DNA of 64,000 bases. Source: Octopus sinensis (taxonomy: Eukaryota). The stretch lies in the NCBI RefSeq assembly GCF_006345805.1, contig NC_043011.1, forward strand, positions 31,012,464 to 31,076,463. Direction: 5' to 3'. Shown here one piece after another: positions 36,967 through 49,586 of this stretch. Below the pieces are notes generated by a model, which was not told the DNA's origin, did not search any database, and saw only the letters and a list, made by a program, of their open reading frames with translations. The position numbers and the translations under genes were made by a program. Position 1 is the first letter of the stretch. Each line of letters opens with the position of its first letter.

Positions 36967-39666
36967 CTGAAATATACAAACATAAACTGAATATATATAT
37001 ACTCCACAAGATATCAAGTGTTGACTTACAGATAGTTTCAGAAACTACAGTCAAGCCATCAGTGACAACTTTACAAACACGGGCATGCAACTTTTGGATT
37101 GCTTATATACAGTCCTAGGCTCAGGAGTGGCTGTGTGGTAAGTAGCGTGCTCACCAACCACATGGTTCCAGGTTCAGTCCCACTACTTGGGAAAGTGTCT
37201 TCTACAATAACTTTGGGCCAACCAAAGACTTGAGAGTGGATTTGGTAGATGGAAACTGAAAGAAGCCTGTCGTATATATGTATATATATCTAATGTAGGA
37301 TAAAATTTTTTGAAAAAAATTCTATCAATGGCCAGCATATTAAAAAATACCTTTAAAGGTTAAATCTATAAATTGTTATATATATATATATATAATATAT
37401 ATATATTATATATGTGTATGTATGTATGTATGTATGTATGTGTGTATATGTTTGTTTCAGTGTTTGTCCCCCCCAACATCGCTTGACAACCAATGCTGGT
37501 GTGTTTACGTCGCCATAACTTAGCGGTTCGGCAAAAGAGACAGATAGAATAAGAACTAGGCTTACAAAGAATAAGTTCTGGGGTCGATCTGATCGACTAA
37601 AGGCAGTGCACCAGCATGGCCACAGTCAAATGACTGAAACAAGTAAAAGAGTAGAGAGTAAAGAGTCCTCTGCAAGATGAAGGCTTCAACATGTTCCTTC
37701 CACCCACCACTCTGAAGTGGAGGCTGTGAATTTTGAGCTTGAAATCATATTGGTTTGGTAAGCCTACTCCACCACACTGGCTTGACATGGCTTGGGAGAG
37801 GGATGCAGTGTTTTATACTCATACCCAAGAGTAGTTAAGATGATATCATTGACCCCAGTGCTCAACTGGTGCTTATTTTATCGATCCTGAAAGGATGAAA
37901 AGCAAAGTTGGCCATGGCGGAATTGAACTCAGAATGTAAGGATGAATGAAATACCACAAGATATTTTGCCTAACATGCTATCATTTCTGCCAGATTTTTC
38001 TTGAGCCCAAGGACTTGCAAGGCCAGTTACTGGGTATCCACGATGTATCATTGACCAAGATTACAACATTCCCCCTGAACAGGACTCTGGTCAAGTGCAA
38101 GGTTCAAGCCAGCAATTTTTAATGGAAGAGAACATGCTGATTACATCAACCTCCATATCTGACATTATTTTATCAACTCCAAAGGGATGAAAGGCAAATT
38201 CGGAAAAAAATTCCACAAGGCAATTATCCAGTGCTCAAAGAAGTCTCCTGACGAATAATAATGGTTTCTGATTTAGGTACAAAACCAGCAGTTTTGAAGA
38301 AAGGGGATTAGTCTGGTATTTTATTGACTGGTATTTTATTAGGGGATTGACCGGTATTTTATTATATCATCTCTGGAAGGATGAAAGACAAAGTCAATTC
38401 CAACAGGACTTGAACTCAGAATGTGTAGGCATATAACCATACAGTGGTTTCAAATTTTGACACAAAAGCAGCAATTTCGGGTGAGAGGGGTTAGTTGATT
38501 ACATCAACCCCAGTGATCAACTGGTTCTTATTTTATTGACCCTGAAAGGGACAAAAGGAAAAGTAAACCTTGGCAGAATTTGAACTCAGAACATAAAGAC
38601 GGATGAAATCCCACAAACTATTTTGCCCAGAATGTTAACATTTCTGCCAGCTCACCACCTTGGAGGCATGTAACTATATATTACAAGACATTTTGTCTGT
38701 AATTCTAGTGAGTGTGTGAATCCTCAGGCATTAGTAATTTTGTCTCAAATTTTGGCACAAGGCCAGCAGTTTTAGTGGGAGAGAGTGAGTCAATCACAAC
38801 AACCCTAATGCTTTGGCACTTTAATTCCAAAAGGATGAATGGCAGACCTTGTAAGAATTTGAATTCAAAACAAAGAGCTGAAAGAAATGCCACTGTGCAT
38901 TTTGTCCAATGTGCTGAAGATTTTACCAACCTATAACATACTTTAATACTTCCCGAAATATAACTTTCTTTATTGGCCACACAGGGCTCTTTAATACTTC
39001 TTGAAATATAAAAATACTTTAACACTTCCTAAAATATAAAAAGGATTTCTAACATCCTTTCTTCTATACGTTTGGAATAAGATTCAATTTAAGACCACAT
39101 GTTGAAACATATTCACTCATTTATCCCTTTTTATAAGTTTATTAAGTTCTTGTGGTCTTATTAATCCATCTCGTAAAAGACAGTTCCTGAAGGAAGAATT
39201 AGCAGACAACAGGAGATAAGGCTTTGAGGAGTGGAATATCAAAGAATAGGCAAGCATAAACTTTACAAACTTGCGAAAGAACAGTGGAAAACAGAATAAT
39301 GGAAAATGTTGATCTGATAGATTGATATTCTCTCTCTCTAATATATATATGTATCAAATATGCATGATCAAAGATTTGGATGTTACTCAGTATAAAAAGA
39401 AATATATCCTTTTCTTACTCTAGGCACGAGGCCCGAAATTTCGGGATACTTAATTTATCAACCCCAAAAGGATGGAAGGCAAAGTCAACCTCAGCGGAAC
39501 TTGAACTCAGAACGTAAAGACGAACGAAATACCGCGAAGCATTTTGTCCAGTATGCGAACGTTTCTACCAGCTCAATCAGATTAATAAGTGGCCCATACA
39601 ATTCCACCAAAATACAATAATTCAAGAATATCACCATTAAATAATGAACATGCTTAAAATACTTAC

Positions 39667-39897
39667 TAGATCTGTCAGTTAATCCTCTGTCTATCAAGTC
39701 CAGACGCTGTGAGATAGATAATGCCCTGATATTGATTTTCTCAGCCAATATGGAAAACGTTTGGCACCGAACAGACTCAGTTATGTCTTTAGTTCTGTCA
39801 AGAATGGCTGGTAACGTCTTGCTTAACAGTGCAATAGACCCAACTACAGCACGTCGCACGCCAGCATGAGAATCATTCTCCAAATGAAACAGGTACG
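39667..39897 (-). CDS. NCAPG: NCAPG coding exon 4 (AYLFHLENDSHAGVRRAVV...GLTDRS)
   Basis: Acceptor ggtttcag, donor A|GTAAGT, 231 nt, phase 1-1. Confidence 0.95.
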
Positions 39898-40572
39898 CTG
39901 AAACCAACAGAAAGACAATTATGAAGAGACAATAAACTTCAAGGTAATCAATATCCTTATCATCATCAGTGTCCTCAAACACAGCAATTTTTGTTTTCCT
40001 GATTATTTTTGGCCCAATTTCAGTAACTTGTGCATCTAAGTAACATGAACCACCAAGCTATCAGCAACAAGTCTTTGTGTGACAAACAATGTGCATGATT
40101 GTCGTACTGCATTTGGGCAGGCATGGATTCTCTCAGCAAGATTCTCATACACGGACTTGTACCTGGGACGGTAACTTCCTAGGTGCAATCCCATGGTCAG
40201 TCATGACTGAAGGAGGTCTCTGCATAGATCTCATTTTAACCTTTAAGAAATGAAACCTACAGTTGTTTCTATAGTACAGCCCACCTCTTATTTTACAATG
40301 AAATTCCTGGAATCCAGTTTTATAGTGATATTTATTTTAGCAATTAAAGCTTAAATCAGATAAACTTTTACAACAAGTAGGCCACAAGAAATTGCTCATC
40401 ATCTTGCAGGGCACACTACAATAAAATTCAAGGTAATTTTTCATCAGGTGTTTCCCCTCCTATCTGTTACAGGAGGCATAATCACCTTCACACATGACAG
40501 GAACTTCCACCTACCAAATTCAATCACAAAGCTTACCATTCAGTAAATCCTGCAGGCCGATGCCTACTTTAA

Positions 40573-40792
40573 CCCTTTCGTTACTGTATTTATTTTGAGA
40601 TGCTCTGTATTTCTTTCAATTACTTCTTATGTAATAAAGAATTTAGTAAAATAACTTAGTTATCATTAAGCTAGTGTTAGGAACATAAATTGTGACTAAG
40701 GTTTGGTGGAAAATTTTAATTCAAAACGTATGAAAACAAGACATTTGTACTCAGAGCCAGAGCTGGTTTCAGCCAGGTTGGTAACGAAAGGG
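40573..40792. mobile_element. piggyBac-like MITE, complete copy
   Basis: TTAA|CCCTTTCGTTAC...GTAACGAAAGGG|TTAA. Partial copies at 41440-41636(+) and 42035-42190(-). Confidence 0.8.
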
Positions 40793-41155
40793 TTAAATCA
40801 ACAAAAGCAGCTATGGAATTTAGTCCTTTAACATTTAAGCTAGCTGTATACAACTGAAATATTTTATTCATTTTATCTTCAAACAGGCCAGATCTGGCCT
40901 CTCACACTTACCCTACAATATTATTCTAAGAATAAACAATCACATTATCCCAATCTCAAAGCTACAAAATAATGCATGATTAATTTAAAACAATATGAAT
41001 AAATAAGCATTACTTTTGACAGACTAATCCGAAAGCCTGCTTCCAACACCAGATATCTCTTGTGTGAATCGAAACTAAACTGGCGTGAACCTTATAAATT
41101 TGAGAAAAACCAAAATTGACAATACCAAGGAAAAATAAGCTTGACATATCATTAC

Positions 41156-41381
41156 CTTCAATGATGGGACAGTTTTCATCCTCTGGGTTCTGTAAGCAAG
41201 CCAGGGCATATATGGCTTGTTCTCTAATAATAGGTATAGAATCTTTTGTCCGTTCTAGCATTATGGTGGTTATATTTGCACAGAGCTCATCGTCAAGCAT
41301 AACATCACCCAAACCAGCAAGTAGTTTATTTGTCAATTGACAACAGCGATAGCGAATAGCTCGTGAAGAACAATTGTGGGA
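41156..41381 (-). CDS. NCAPG: NCAPG coding exon 3 (SHNCSSRAIRYRCCQL...DENCPIIE)
   Basis: Acceptor tttttcag, donor G|GTAATG, 226 nt, phase 0-1. Confidence 0.95.
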
Positions 41382-43252
41382 CTGAAAAATAGAAAAAGAC
41401 AATGTTTAAATAGTTGTATTCATCATTGTTTAACATTGTGTTTCTTTCAATTAATTTTAAATATAATGAAGAATTTAGTAAAATGACTTAGTGATCATTC
41501 AGCTAGTGTTAGGAACATAAATTGTGACTAAGGTTTGGTGGAAGATTTTAATTCAAAACATATGAAAACAAGACATTTGTACTCAGAGCCAGAGCCGGTT
41601 TCAGTTGGGTTGGTAATGAAAGGGTTAAACTAGCTTTAAAGTGACAACCGCACTAATTTTCACTCTAGCACACCATTTCCTGTCCTATATATTTACCTTG
41701 TACCTTGACCTCACATCTCTCTCTCTCTTTCTCTTTCCAAATGGGGATGCTATGTATTCATCTCTTCAGCAAGACCTGCTTCTGTCCCTCTGACATACTT
41801 TCATATTCATGTCTTTGCCTTGTGGGTACTTGGGGATATACCTAGTGCTGGTGACATGTAAAAAAGCATCCAGTAAATTCTGTGAAGTGGTTGGAGCTAG
41901 GAAGGGAATTCTGCTGTAGAAAGCATGCCAAAACAGACACTGGAGCTCAGTGTAGCCTTCGGGCTCATCAGTTTATGTCAAATCATCCATCTCATGCCAA
42001 CATGGAAAAAGGAATATTAAATGATGATGACAAGTTTTGAATTAAAATCTTCCACCAAACCTTAGTCACAATTTATGTTCCTAACACTAGCTGAATGATC
42101 ACCAAGTCATTTTACTAAATTCTTCATTATATTTAAAATTAATTGAAGGAAACACAGAGTATCTCAACAGAAATATGGTAAGAAAAGAGTTAAGAACAGC
42201 AACAAAACATTTACTGATGGTGAGGGTGCAACAGTACAGTTCAATTTATTATAAAATTTGTGTTGACTAAGACTTGCCTACAGTTTGTATGTGTGTGTGA
42301 AAGAAGCCTGTTGTATATATATCATCATCATCGTTTAACGTCTGTTTTCCATGCTAGCACGGGTTGGATGGTTCGACCGGGGTCTGGGAAGCCAGGAGGC
42401 TGCACCAGGCTCCAATCTGATCTGGCAGTGTTTCTACAGCTGGATGCCCTTCCTAATGCCAACCACTCCGTGGTTGCTCATGCCAACATGGAAAAAGGAA
42501 TATTAAATGATGATGACAATGATGATGATAATAATGAATTTAAGGTTTATAAAGTATATGTAAGGTTCATGGCACACATGGTGTGTGTGTGTGTGTGTGT
42601 AACAGCATACTATAGTTGTAGAGTTGTATATAGGATTGTGTAAGAGCAATAATATGTATAAGTGGACAAGAGCTTATGTTTAGAAATATCTGGGAAAAAA
42701 GGGTGTGTATGTGTAGTGTTTGTCGGAGTGGCTGTGTGGTAAGTAGCTTGCATACCAACCACATGGTTCCGGGTTCAGTCCCACTGCGTGGCACCTTGGG
42801 CAAGTATCTTCTACTATAGCTTCGGGCTGACCTTGAGAGTGGATTTGGTAGACGGAAACTGAAAGAAGCCCGTCGTATATGTGGGTGTGTGTGTATGTGT
42901 GAGTGTGTCTGTCCCCCCAACATCGCTTGACAACTGATGCTGGTGCGTTTACATCCCCGTAACTTAGTGGCTCGGCGAAAGAGACCGATAGAATAAGTAC
43001 TAGGCGTACAAAGAATAAGTCCCGGGGTTGATTTGCTCGACTAAAGGTGGTGCTCCAGCATGGCCACAGTCAAATGACTGAAACAAGTAAAAGAGTTAAG
43101 GAGTAAAGAGAGTATACAGAGAGTATTTATATATAGAGAGATATGTGTGTGGATATGCGCATGCGAGTAAAATATGTATACACATAGTGTGTATGTGTGT
43201 GTGCGTGCACGCACACATGTGCCTCAACTATTGTTTAGAACATGTTTCTTAC

Positions 43253-43486
43253 ATCAAAAATAAAAGCAATAACTTTTTCCATGATTGAAGATTGAACCAC
43301 TTCTGGTTGCGAATTCTCCTCCTCCTCTGGTTGTAAGTCCTGCACTTCATTGTTTTTGCGACTTAATGCTATAATTAGATTGGACACAAAATTGACTACA
43401 CGCTCCACGGCAGGTTCCCGTTCAAACTTCACCATAAAGTATTTCATGAAAGACTTCAGTTCAACCCAAAATTCCTCAAAGGTTTT
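43253..43486 (-). CDS. NCAPG: NCAPG coding exon 2 (KTFEEFWVELKSFMKYFMVKFEREPAVERV...FIFD)
   Basis: Acceptor ttttccag, donor GAT|GTAAGA, 234 nt, phase 0-0. Confidence 0.95.
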
Positions 43487-44589
43487 CTGGAAAAAAAAAA
43501 AAAAAAAAAAAGCATTAAGAAAGCTTTTTTAAATAAAAATCATGCATATTTGTAAAAGTGCAAAAAAACATAATATTCAAGATTCATTCCAGAAGTTTTG
43601 AGACATTTTTTTTTTCCAAAAGAGACATTTATTAATTTCAAAGAAGTACAAAACTCTAATCTCCTTCAAAGTAGGATCGTCTGACTTCAATGCACTTCTT
43701 TATTTTATTAAATTTGCCATAAAGTCAGTACACAGAGTAAGGAAGCTTGCAGGCTGGACACGGACATTAATGAGGTGAATGATAATGATACAAGGATGAT
43801 AAAGATGAGAGAAGACAAAAGCACCCACCGACTTTTGCTTCTCTAAAACATTGTTCTTTTAAAATATCACACTGAGGCAATAAACCTCTAACACAAAAAT
43901 ACAACAATACAGTTATTTGCTTTTCTGTCCGACCAACCAGGCTCCTCACTTCTACGAAGCATCTAGACAGTTCCAAGCCAGACCACTTTGCCATATATCT
44001 AAAGGAGTTCGCTGGGAAGGAATTCCTTATCCTGCACAAATCGGTTTCCCATATGACCTCCACAGCCACTGCGAAGGCCACTCAGGGTTCTCCGTGCAGG
44101 ACAAAATCCCCTCCCACCGGCCTTTCCTTTCAAACTTCCTAACAAAGTTCTGCAATGTCCCTCCCTTATGGAAGAGGACCACAAATTCCTCCTCCAGTGG
44201 CACTCCCACCAAAGTGTAGCACCCCAGCCACTTCATGAATGCCCCATGGAAGCCCTCCAAAGTGAAAGTGTCCAGGACCCTTGTCACAAACTCCATCTGC
44301 AACCTCCATCTACTTATTTTATCGACCTCGAAAGGACAAAAAGGATAAGTCAACTACAGCAGAATTTGATGATAATGGTTTCAAATTTTGGTACAGAGTC
44401 AGCAGTTGTTTTGAGGGAAGGGGGGGGTAGATTACACCGACCCCAGTATCTGACTGGTACTCATTTTATTGACCCTGAAAGGATGAAAGGCAAAGTCAAC
44501 CTTGGTGGAATTTGAGGTAGATGAAATACAGCTAAGCATTTTATCCAGCATGCTAACGGTTCAACCAGCTCACAACTTTGATAATGATA

Positions 44590-44960
44590 ATAATAATAAC
44601 AAGAGCACTCAGGGAGCACAAACCTCTGCCAAGGAAACACCAACGTCCTCTCAACGATTAGCCAGAGATGATTTTTAAAATGAGAATATCTGAAATAAAC
44701 TTGATTGCTCTCACAAACGAGACTACTAAAAATGAAGCTGACTGCTCTCAAAGATTAAGTAAAAAAAAGCAGGAAAAATAATCCAGAATTCCTGTCCAAT
44801 ACTGGATCAATCCCAAAATCTAATCAGTTCATGCTAGTCACAAGGTCAAACATCCCTGAAAGATTCATCTGAATCCCTCCAGCGGTTCTTGAGACATCTT
44901 CTCCACGGACAAACAAACACAACTGAAAACAATACCTCTGCCTTTGCTAAGGCAGAGGTA
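44590..44960. mobile_element. Helentron/HINE-like interspersed repeat (second copy ~22045-22400)
   Basis: Two similar copies in the window. Terminal hairpin tacctctgcct-ttgcta-aggcagaggta at 44933-44960. Class assignment is tentative. Confidence 0.45.
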
Positions 44961-45899
44961 ATAGTAATAATATTACTTTCTAATTTTTGGTACAAGACTA
45001 GCAATTTTGAGAGGAGGGGCAAGTTGTAACACAACAGCAATAGTAAATGGCACAGGGAGAACAATCAAATTAACCTCAGCCTATTACTGGTACTCATTAT
45101 ATTAACTTACTCAATGAAAGGAAAAGTAAAATACACCCTCAGTGACCATAGGTCAGTTATAAACCTCACCACTGAGTTTATTTTTTTTCATATTTTATCA
45201 CATACTTGTTTCACTTATTGGACAGCGGTCATGCAGCAGCACCACACTGAAGGGCTTAGTCAAACAAATATACTTATTTTTTAAGACTGGTACTTATTCT
45301 ACTGGTCTCTTATGCTGAACTGCTAGGTGATAGGGACACAAACAAACCAACACTTATTGTTAAATGGTGATGCAGACAAACAGACAGACAAATATGGATA
45401 GTTAGAGATGGACAGATAGACTGGTATGGATAGATAGATATTTTTATATTAGCTGTGATACCGTAAGAGAACCATCCGAATGTGGCCGTTGCCAGCGCCG
45501 CCCCAACTGGACTCCGTGCCCGTGGCACGTAAAAAGCACCATCCGATTGTGGCTGTTGCCAGCCTCGTCTGGCCCCCGTGCCGGTGGAACGTAAAAAGCA
45601 CCATCCGATTGTGGCCGTTGCCAGCCTCGTCTGGCCCCCGTGCCAGTGGCACGTAAAAAGCACCATCCAATCGTGGCCGTTTGCCAGCCTCGTCTTGCAC
45701 CTGTGCAGGTGGCACGTAAAAAGCACCCACTACACTCTCGGAGTGGTTGGCGTTAGGAAGGGCACCCAGCTGTAGAAACACTGCCAGATCAGACTGGGCC
45801 TGGCGCAGCCTTCTGGCGTCCCAGACCCCAGTTGAACCGTCTAACCCATGCTAGCATCGAAAACGGACGTTAAACGATGATGATGATGATATATATATT

Positions 45900-46175
45900 G
45901 ATAGAAATGGTAAGACAACAAAAGAATGAAAGAGACCTCAATATTATGTAAATAGAGGAATTTATCTGTAAATATAATGTGACAATTATTCGGTAGCTAT
46001 GATGAAACTCTGAGTTTCGGATGTCGGGGCGGAAAACCCAAGCCACCATCTCTTTTTTCGATGGCTGGATAACTGAAGAGATGGCAGCATGGGTTTCCAC
46101 CCTGACATCCGAAACTCGGAGTTTTATCATGCCTACTGAACAATTGGCATGTCACATATTATATATATATATATA
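45900..46175. mobile_element. Penelope pseudo-LTR remnant arranged as a palindrome
   Basis: 45900-46020 is homologous to 31700-31820. 45970-46055 and 46075-46165 are inverted copies. Confidence 0.7.
46068..46128 (+). ncRNA. Minimal type I hammerhead ribozyme motif
   Basis: GAUAA-CUGAAGA-stem II-C-GAAA-CUCGGAG-UU-UUAUC. Stem I GAUAA/UUAUC covaries with the 31.8-kb copy. Confidence 0.72.
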
Positions 46176-46450
46176 TATGATGGACTTCCTCACAGTTTTC
46201 CATCTACCAGCCTAGGGACATAGCAGAAGACACTTGCCGAAGTTGCTTCACAGTGGAACTGAACCAGAAATCACCTGATTGCAAAGCAAACTTCTTAACC
46301 ACACAGCCATGCTTATGCCTTATGTTGATTTTATAAAATATTCCTCAATACTAGTGATAAAGGCAGAGAACGACATAAATACTAAAAAAAAAGAAAAACA
46401 TTTAGTGAGACAAAGAAAGGAAAGAAAGAAGTAATTAAATCTTATCTTAC

Positions 46451-46534
46451 ATTTTCATATATCTTCTGCATCTCTTTGATCAGTCGTCCATGAGACTGTG
46501 AATTCTGTTGACTCTGATGGAAAATCGGTTCCAT
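46451..46534 (-). CDS. NCAPG: NCAPG coding exon 1 (MEPIFHQSQQNSQSHGRLIKEMQKIYEN); exon extends 5' to the acceptor at 46567
   Basis: Polypyrimidine tract plus AG before 46567, ATG at 46534, donor AAT|GTAAGA, phase 0. Resembles the CAP-G N-terminal helix. Confidence 0.8.
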
Positions 46535-47570
46535 TTTGTCTTTGGTTTGGTTTGGTGTTCTTTTACTCTAAAAAAAATAAGATATAAAATTATGTTGTGT
46601 ATGGATGTGGCATCATTGTTTGACCCATATCAGTCAAACCCATAACCAAAGAGATTGCAGCCCTGACCATTCAGTCTTTTTGTGTATTCAGGACTACATT
46701 GATCAATGTGTCTTCATTTCTAACATTGTAGTGTGTATGTTTTGAGGGAAATTTTGCTGTTGTTTCTAGCAGGTCAAGAAACCTTGAATAGGTTCCCTTG
46801 TATAGATGTGCAGAAATGTATTATAGCAGTGTGTGTGTGTGTGTGTGTGCATACAATAAAGTGTGTGTGTATGTAAAAGTGAGGTATGTGAATGTGTGTG
46901 TGCAATAGAAGTGGGATGGTGAACATTCAACGCTGAAAGGGAAGATCAAACAGCGTTTCAACTGTGTGAGTGAGTGTACAAGGGAAGTATGTGAACCAGC
47001 ATTCTTTCAGTAACAAACAATCTCAAAAGACAACCACTAGATAACATTGATTTAATTTGATTTACCATCCATATTCTATCTTTTGTCCTTATTTATATAT
47101 AAAATACTACAATTAGCCGTCATTTTTGACGGCACGGGGCCAGCTAGTATTCAATAAAATTTTGTGTAACAGGCGTAAAACAACTTCCTCTAAACGAATA
47201 TGAAAAAAAAAAAATGCGTGCACACGAAAGGGGGGTGGGGGAGAGGCCTCGGAAAATTCACATCGGGAATTTCCGAAAGCGTCTGAGGGGTTGACCCGGG
47301 CACCAAAACAAAAAAAAAATATAGTGTAATATGTGTAAAACAACTTGCTCTAAACGAATATGACAAATTTTGTACAATTTATGTTGCGTTCCAGGTTCGG
47401 CTAGAGTTGGGATTTAGAATTAGGGCTAGGTTTAGGGTTAGTCACGATTGGAACGCTTTTGTTGATGCTTAGAAAACAATTTTTGATTCCTGAAAAAAAT
47501 AAATAAAAGACGTGATTGTCACAGTTGGAGAGCAATGTTTTAAATTTCTTAGCAAATGCGAAAAACTAAC

Positions 47571-49500
47571 AGGTTTGTCGAGTCTGATTTTTAAAAGTTA
47601 TTCAAATTGATATCAGATAATGACTGAAAGAGCTGAAGATCACCGAAATTCCTAACTTCATAAGATACAGACCGCAACAGACAGTTAAGCAACAATTAAG
47701 CACGAATGCAACTGGTTCCGTTTTTGACAATTGAAGGAAGGAAGGCAGAGTTTGACAGTTTTTGTGTGTAATAAACTATTTATCTAAGAATATACCATGA
47801 ATTAAGATAGAAAATATTGTTATCAATTCTGTATACAATACTGGAACAATTAGAAGAATTGAACGCCAGGTGAAATATTTATATACCATTTTTACTCGTG
47901 TAGAAGTTGTTCCCAAATTTAGTGTTAAATCTTGGTACACAAATTTTCCCCTCATATTCAAACTTCATATCAGCTTTGCTCCGTGTGCAAGTCGCATCCC
48001 AGTCTTTTTTTTTTTTTTTCAGAAAAAAAAAATAAAATAGAACGATTTTATACACGAGTAAATATGGTAAGCAAAGAATTGGGATGTTCGGTTATGTTTG
48101 TCATTTCCGAAGGGATTTGTGTTTGTTTTGTTTTTTTAAATGGTTAATTTCGTTACAACCCTTTCTCTATAATTCGATGGCATCAAATATTTCTTACTAG
48201 TTTTCGAGATTTCTGAGATAAAATTTACAGAACCAACATTTGTAAATCTCTTTAGAGGGGCTGCAGCACTACTTTTAATTACCTAACAATTATATATTTC
48301 TGGAACTCCTTACAGTAATTTCTTTAGATTTCGTAACTAAAACTAGTCTGGGAAATATTTTTTGAAAAGACTTGCTTTATTTTAAAATGATTTAACGAGT
48401 TTTATAAAGTTATCCTTAAGATATTGAAGCTAAAATAGTTTATGAAGTTACTTGTCTTTGCTACAGCTTTAAGATTAAGTCTTAAATTATCGGGAACAAA
48501 GATTTTATTTATATAATACATAAGAGGGCGTATGAGTGATTTAAATCAAGTGTTATGAAAATACATACCAACGTATTGACATATGCGTGTAGAATATACG
48601 TATATAATAGAATTTCTTTGATGTTTTATAACCAAAATATAGCCTATCAAAGAAACAAGTTTTGTGAAAAATGAATAGTGGTTTTAATGCATTTCAATAT
48701 ATTAACGTACCATTTAAATATATAATAAATAATAAAACCTTACTTGAAATTAGAAGGGAGACATGTAATCAGTTTCGAATAGTCCGCCAAAAGATACGCA
48801 TATTATGCTGGCAGCGACAAAACTTCGTTCTTTTTATAGCTTTTAAATATTTAAAATAATGAATTGTTACAAAGTGCCGTTCAAAAGGAAAAGATCCAAT
48901 TATATTTATATTTTTTTTTAATAATAATAAACACTTGAGAAAATATCAGGGATTTTTTTTTTCATCTGTACGAAAGTAAAATACTAACTTCGTTCTTCGC
49001 AAGTAAATATTTTCGTTAAATCGTTTAAATTGTCTCATCGCAACGGAAATTTGGTGACTACGCATCGCTTGATATATACTCTAATTTTTTGTACGCAAAA
49101 TCATTTGTCACAGTGTTTGATAGCCTAAACTATGTATATTTAACCGAAACACCAAGAATAAATTTTTTTTTAAAATACATCTATTCCAATTTTCTTTAGT
49201 ATTCGTTATTTTTATCGCTTGGAATCAGCATTTTGTTTCGTTTCATGTAACATTCTTCCTTTTCTAATTACCACCATTTATTAAAGTCTTTATTGGTTAA
49301 ATTATTCTTTATAAACATGCGAAGTAGAGAATAAAGCATTTATTTTTGGTCAAGGGCTTCAAAATTGGCATCAGATCATCTAGGTTTGTAGGTGCGAGGA
49401 CTTAACATGTGCTTTAAAAAAAACGACATAGCGGAGACGTAACAAACCCCTTTGTGCGAGTACCGGTTTTAGGGTCAACAAAGTTTAGGAAAGACTTCCA
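47571..49500 (-). promoter_or_regulatory. Probable NCAPG promoter and first non-coding exon region
   Basis: The ATG exon has its own acceptor, so an upstream exon is required. Candidate donor CCT|GTTAGT at 47571/47570. The region is largely free of SINEs and microsatellites and visibly richer in CpG than its flanks. Confidence 0.4.
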
Positions 49501-49586
49501 CCCGTCCCCGTCCCCCACCATTTTCTCCCAAATTTGTTTATTTTTGTAATTTTTTGGCCAACAATCCCCGTTTTCGGATACGGAGG

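Larger units (their letters stand above)
4005..46567 (-). other. NCAPG: Condensin I complex subunit CAP-G gene span (16 coding exons plus probable UTR exons)
   Basis: Spliced translation matches remembered CAP-G motifs in order (FEREPAVERV, RAIRYRCCQL, VRRAVV...LDRTKD, TALRAIFD, AAEGLAKL, RLILLWFNP, NAPASSPL, VCNEIL). All introns are GT-AG with compatible phases; 2976 nt CDS. The 3' end is approximate. Confidence 0.95.

Noticed and set aside
43700-44300. GC-richer stretch with 100-115 aa ORFs on both strands
   Set aside because: Resembles a decayed LINE 3' end, but I could not assign motifs. There is no splice-phase room for it in NCAPG.
47601-47606. CHR-like TTTGAA element near the presumed NCAPG start
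   Set aside because: A hexamer in very AT-rich DNA is expected by chance, and the TSS is unknown.
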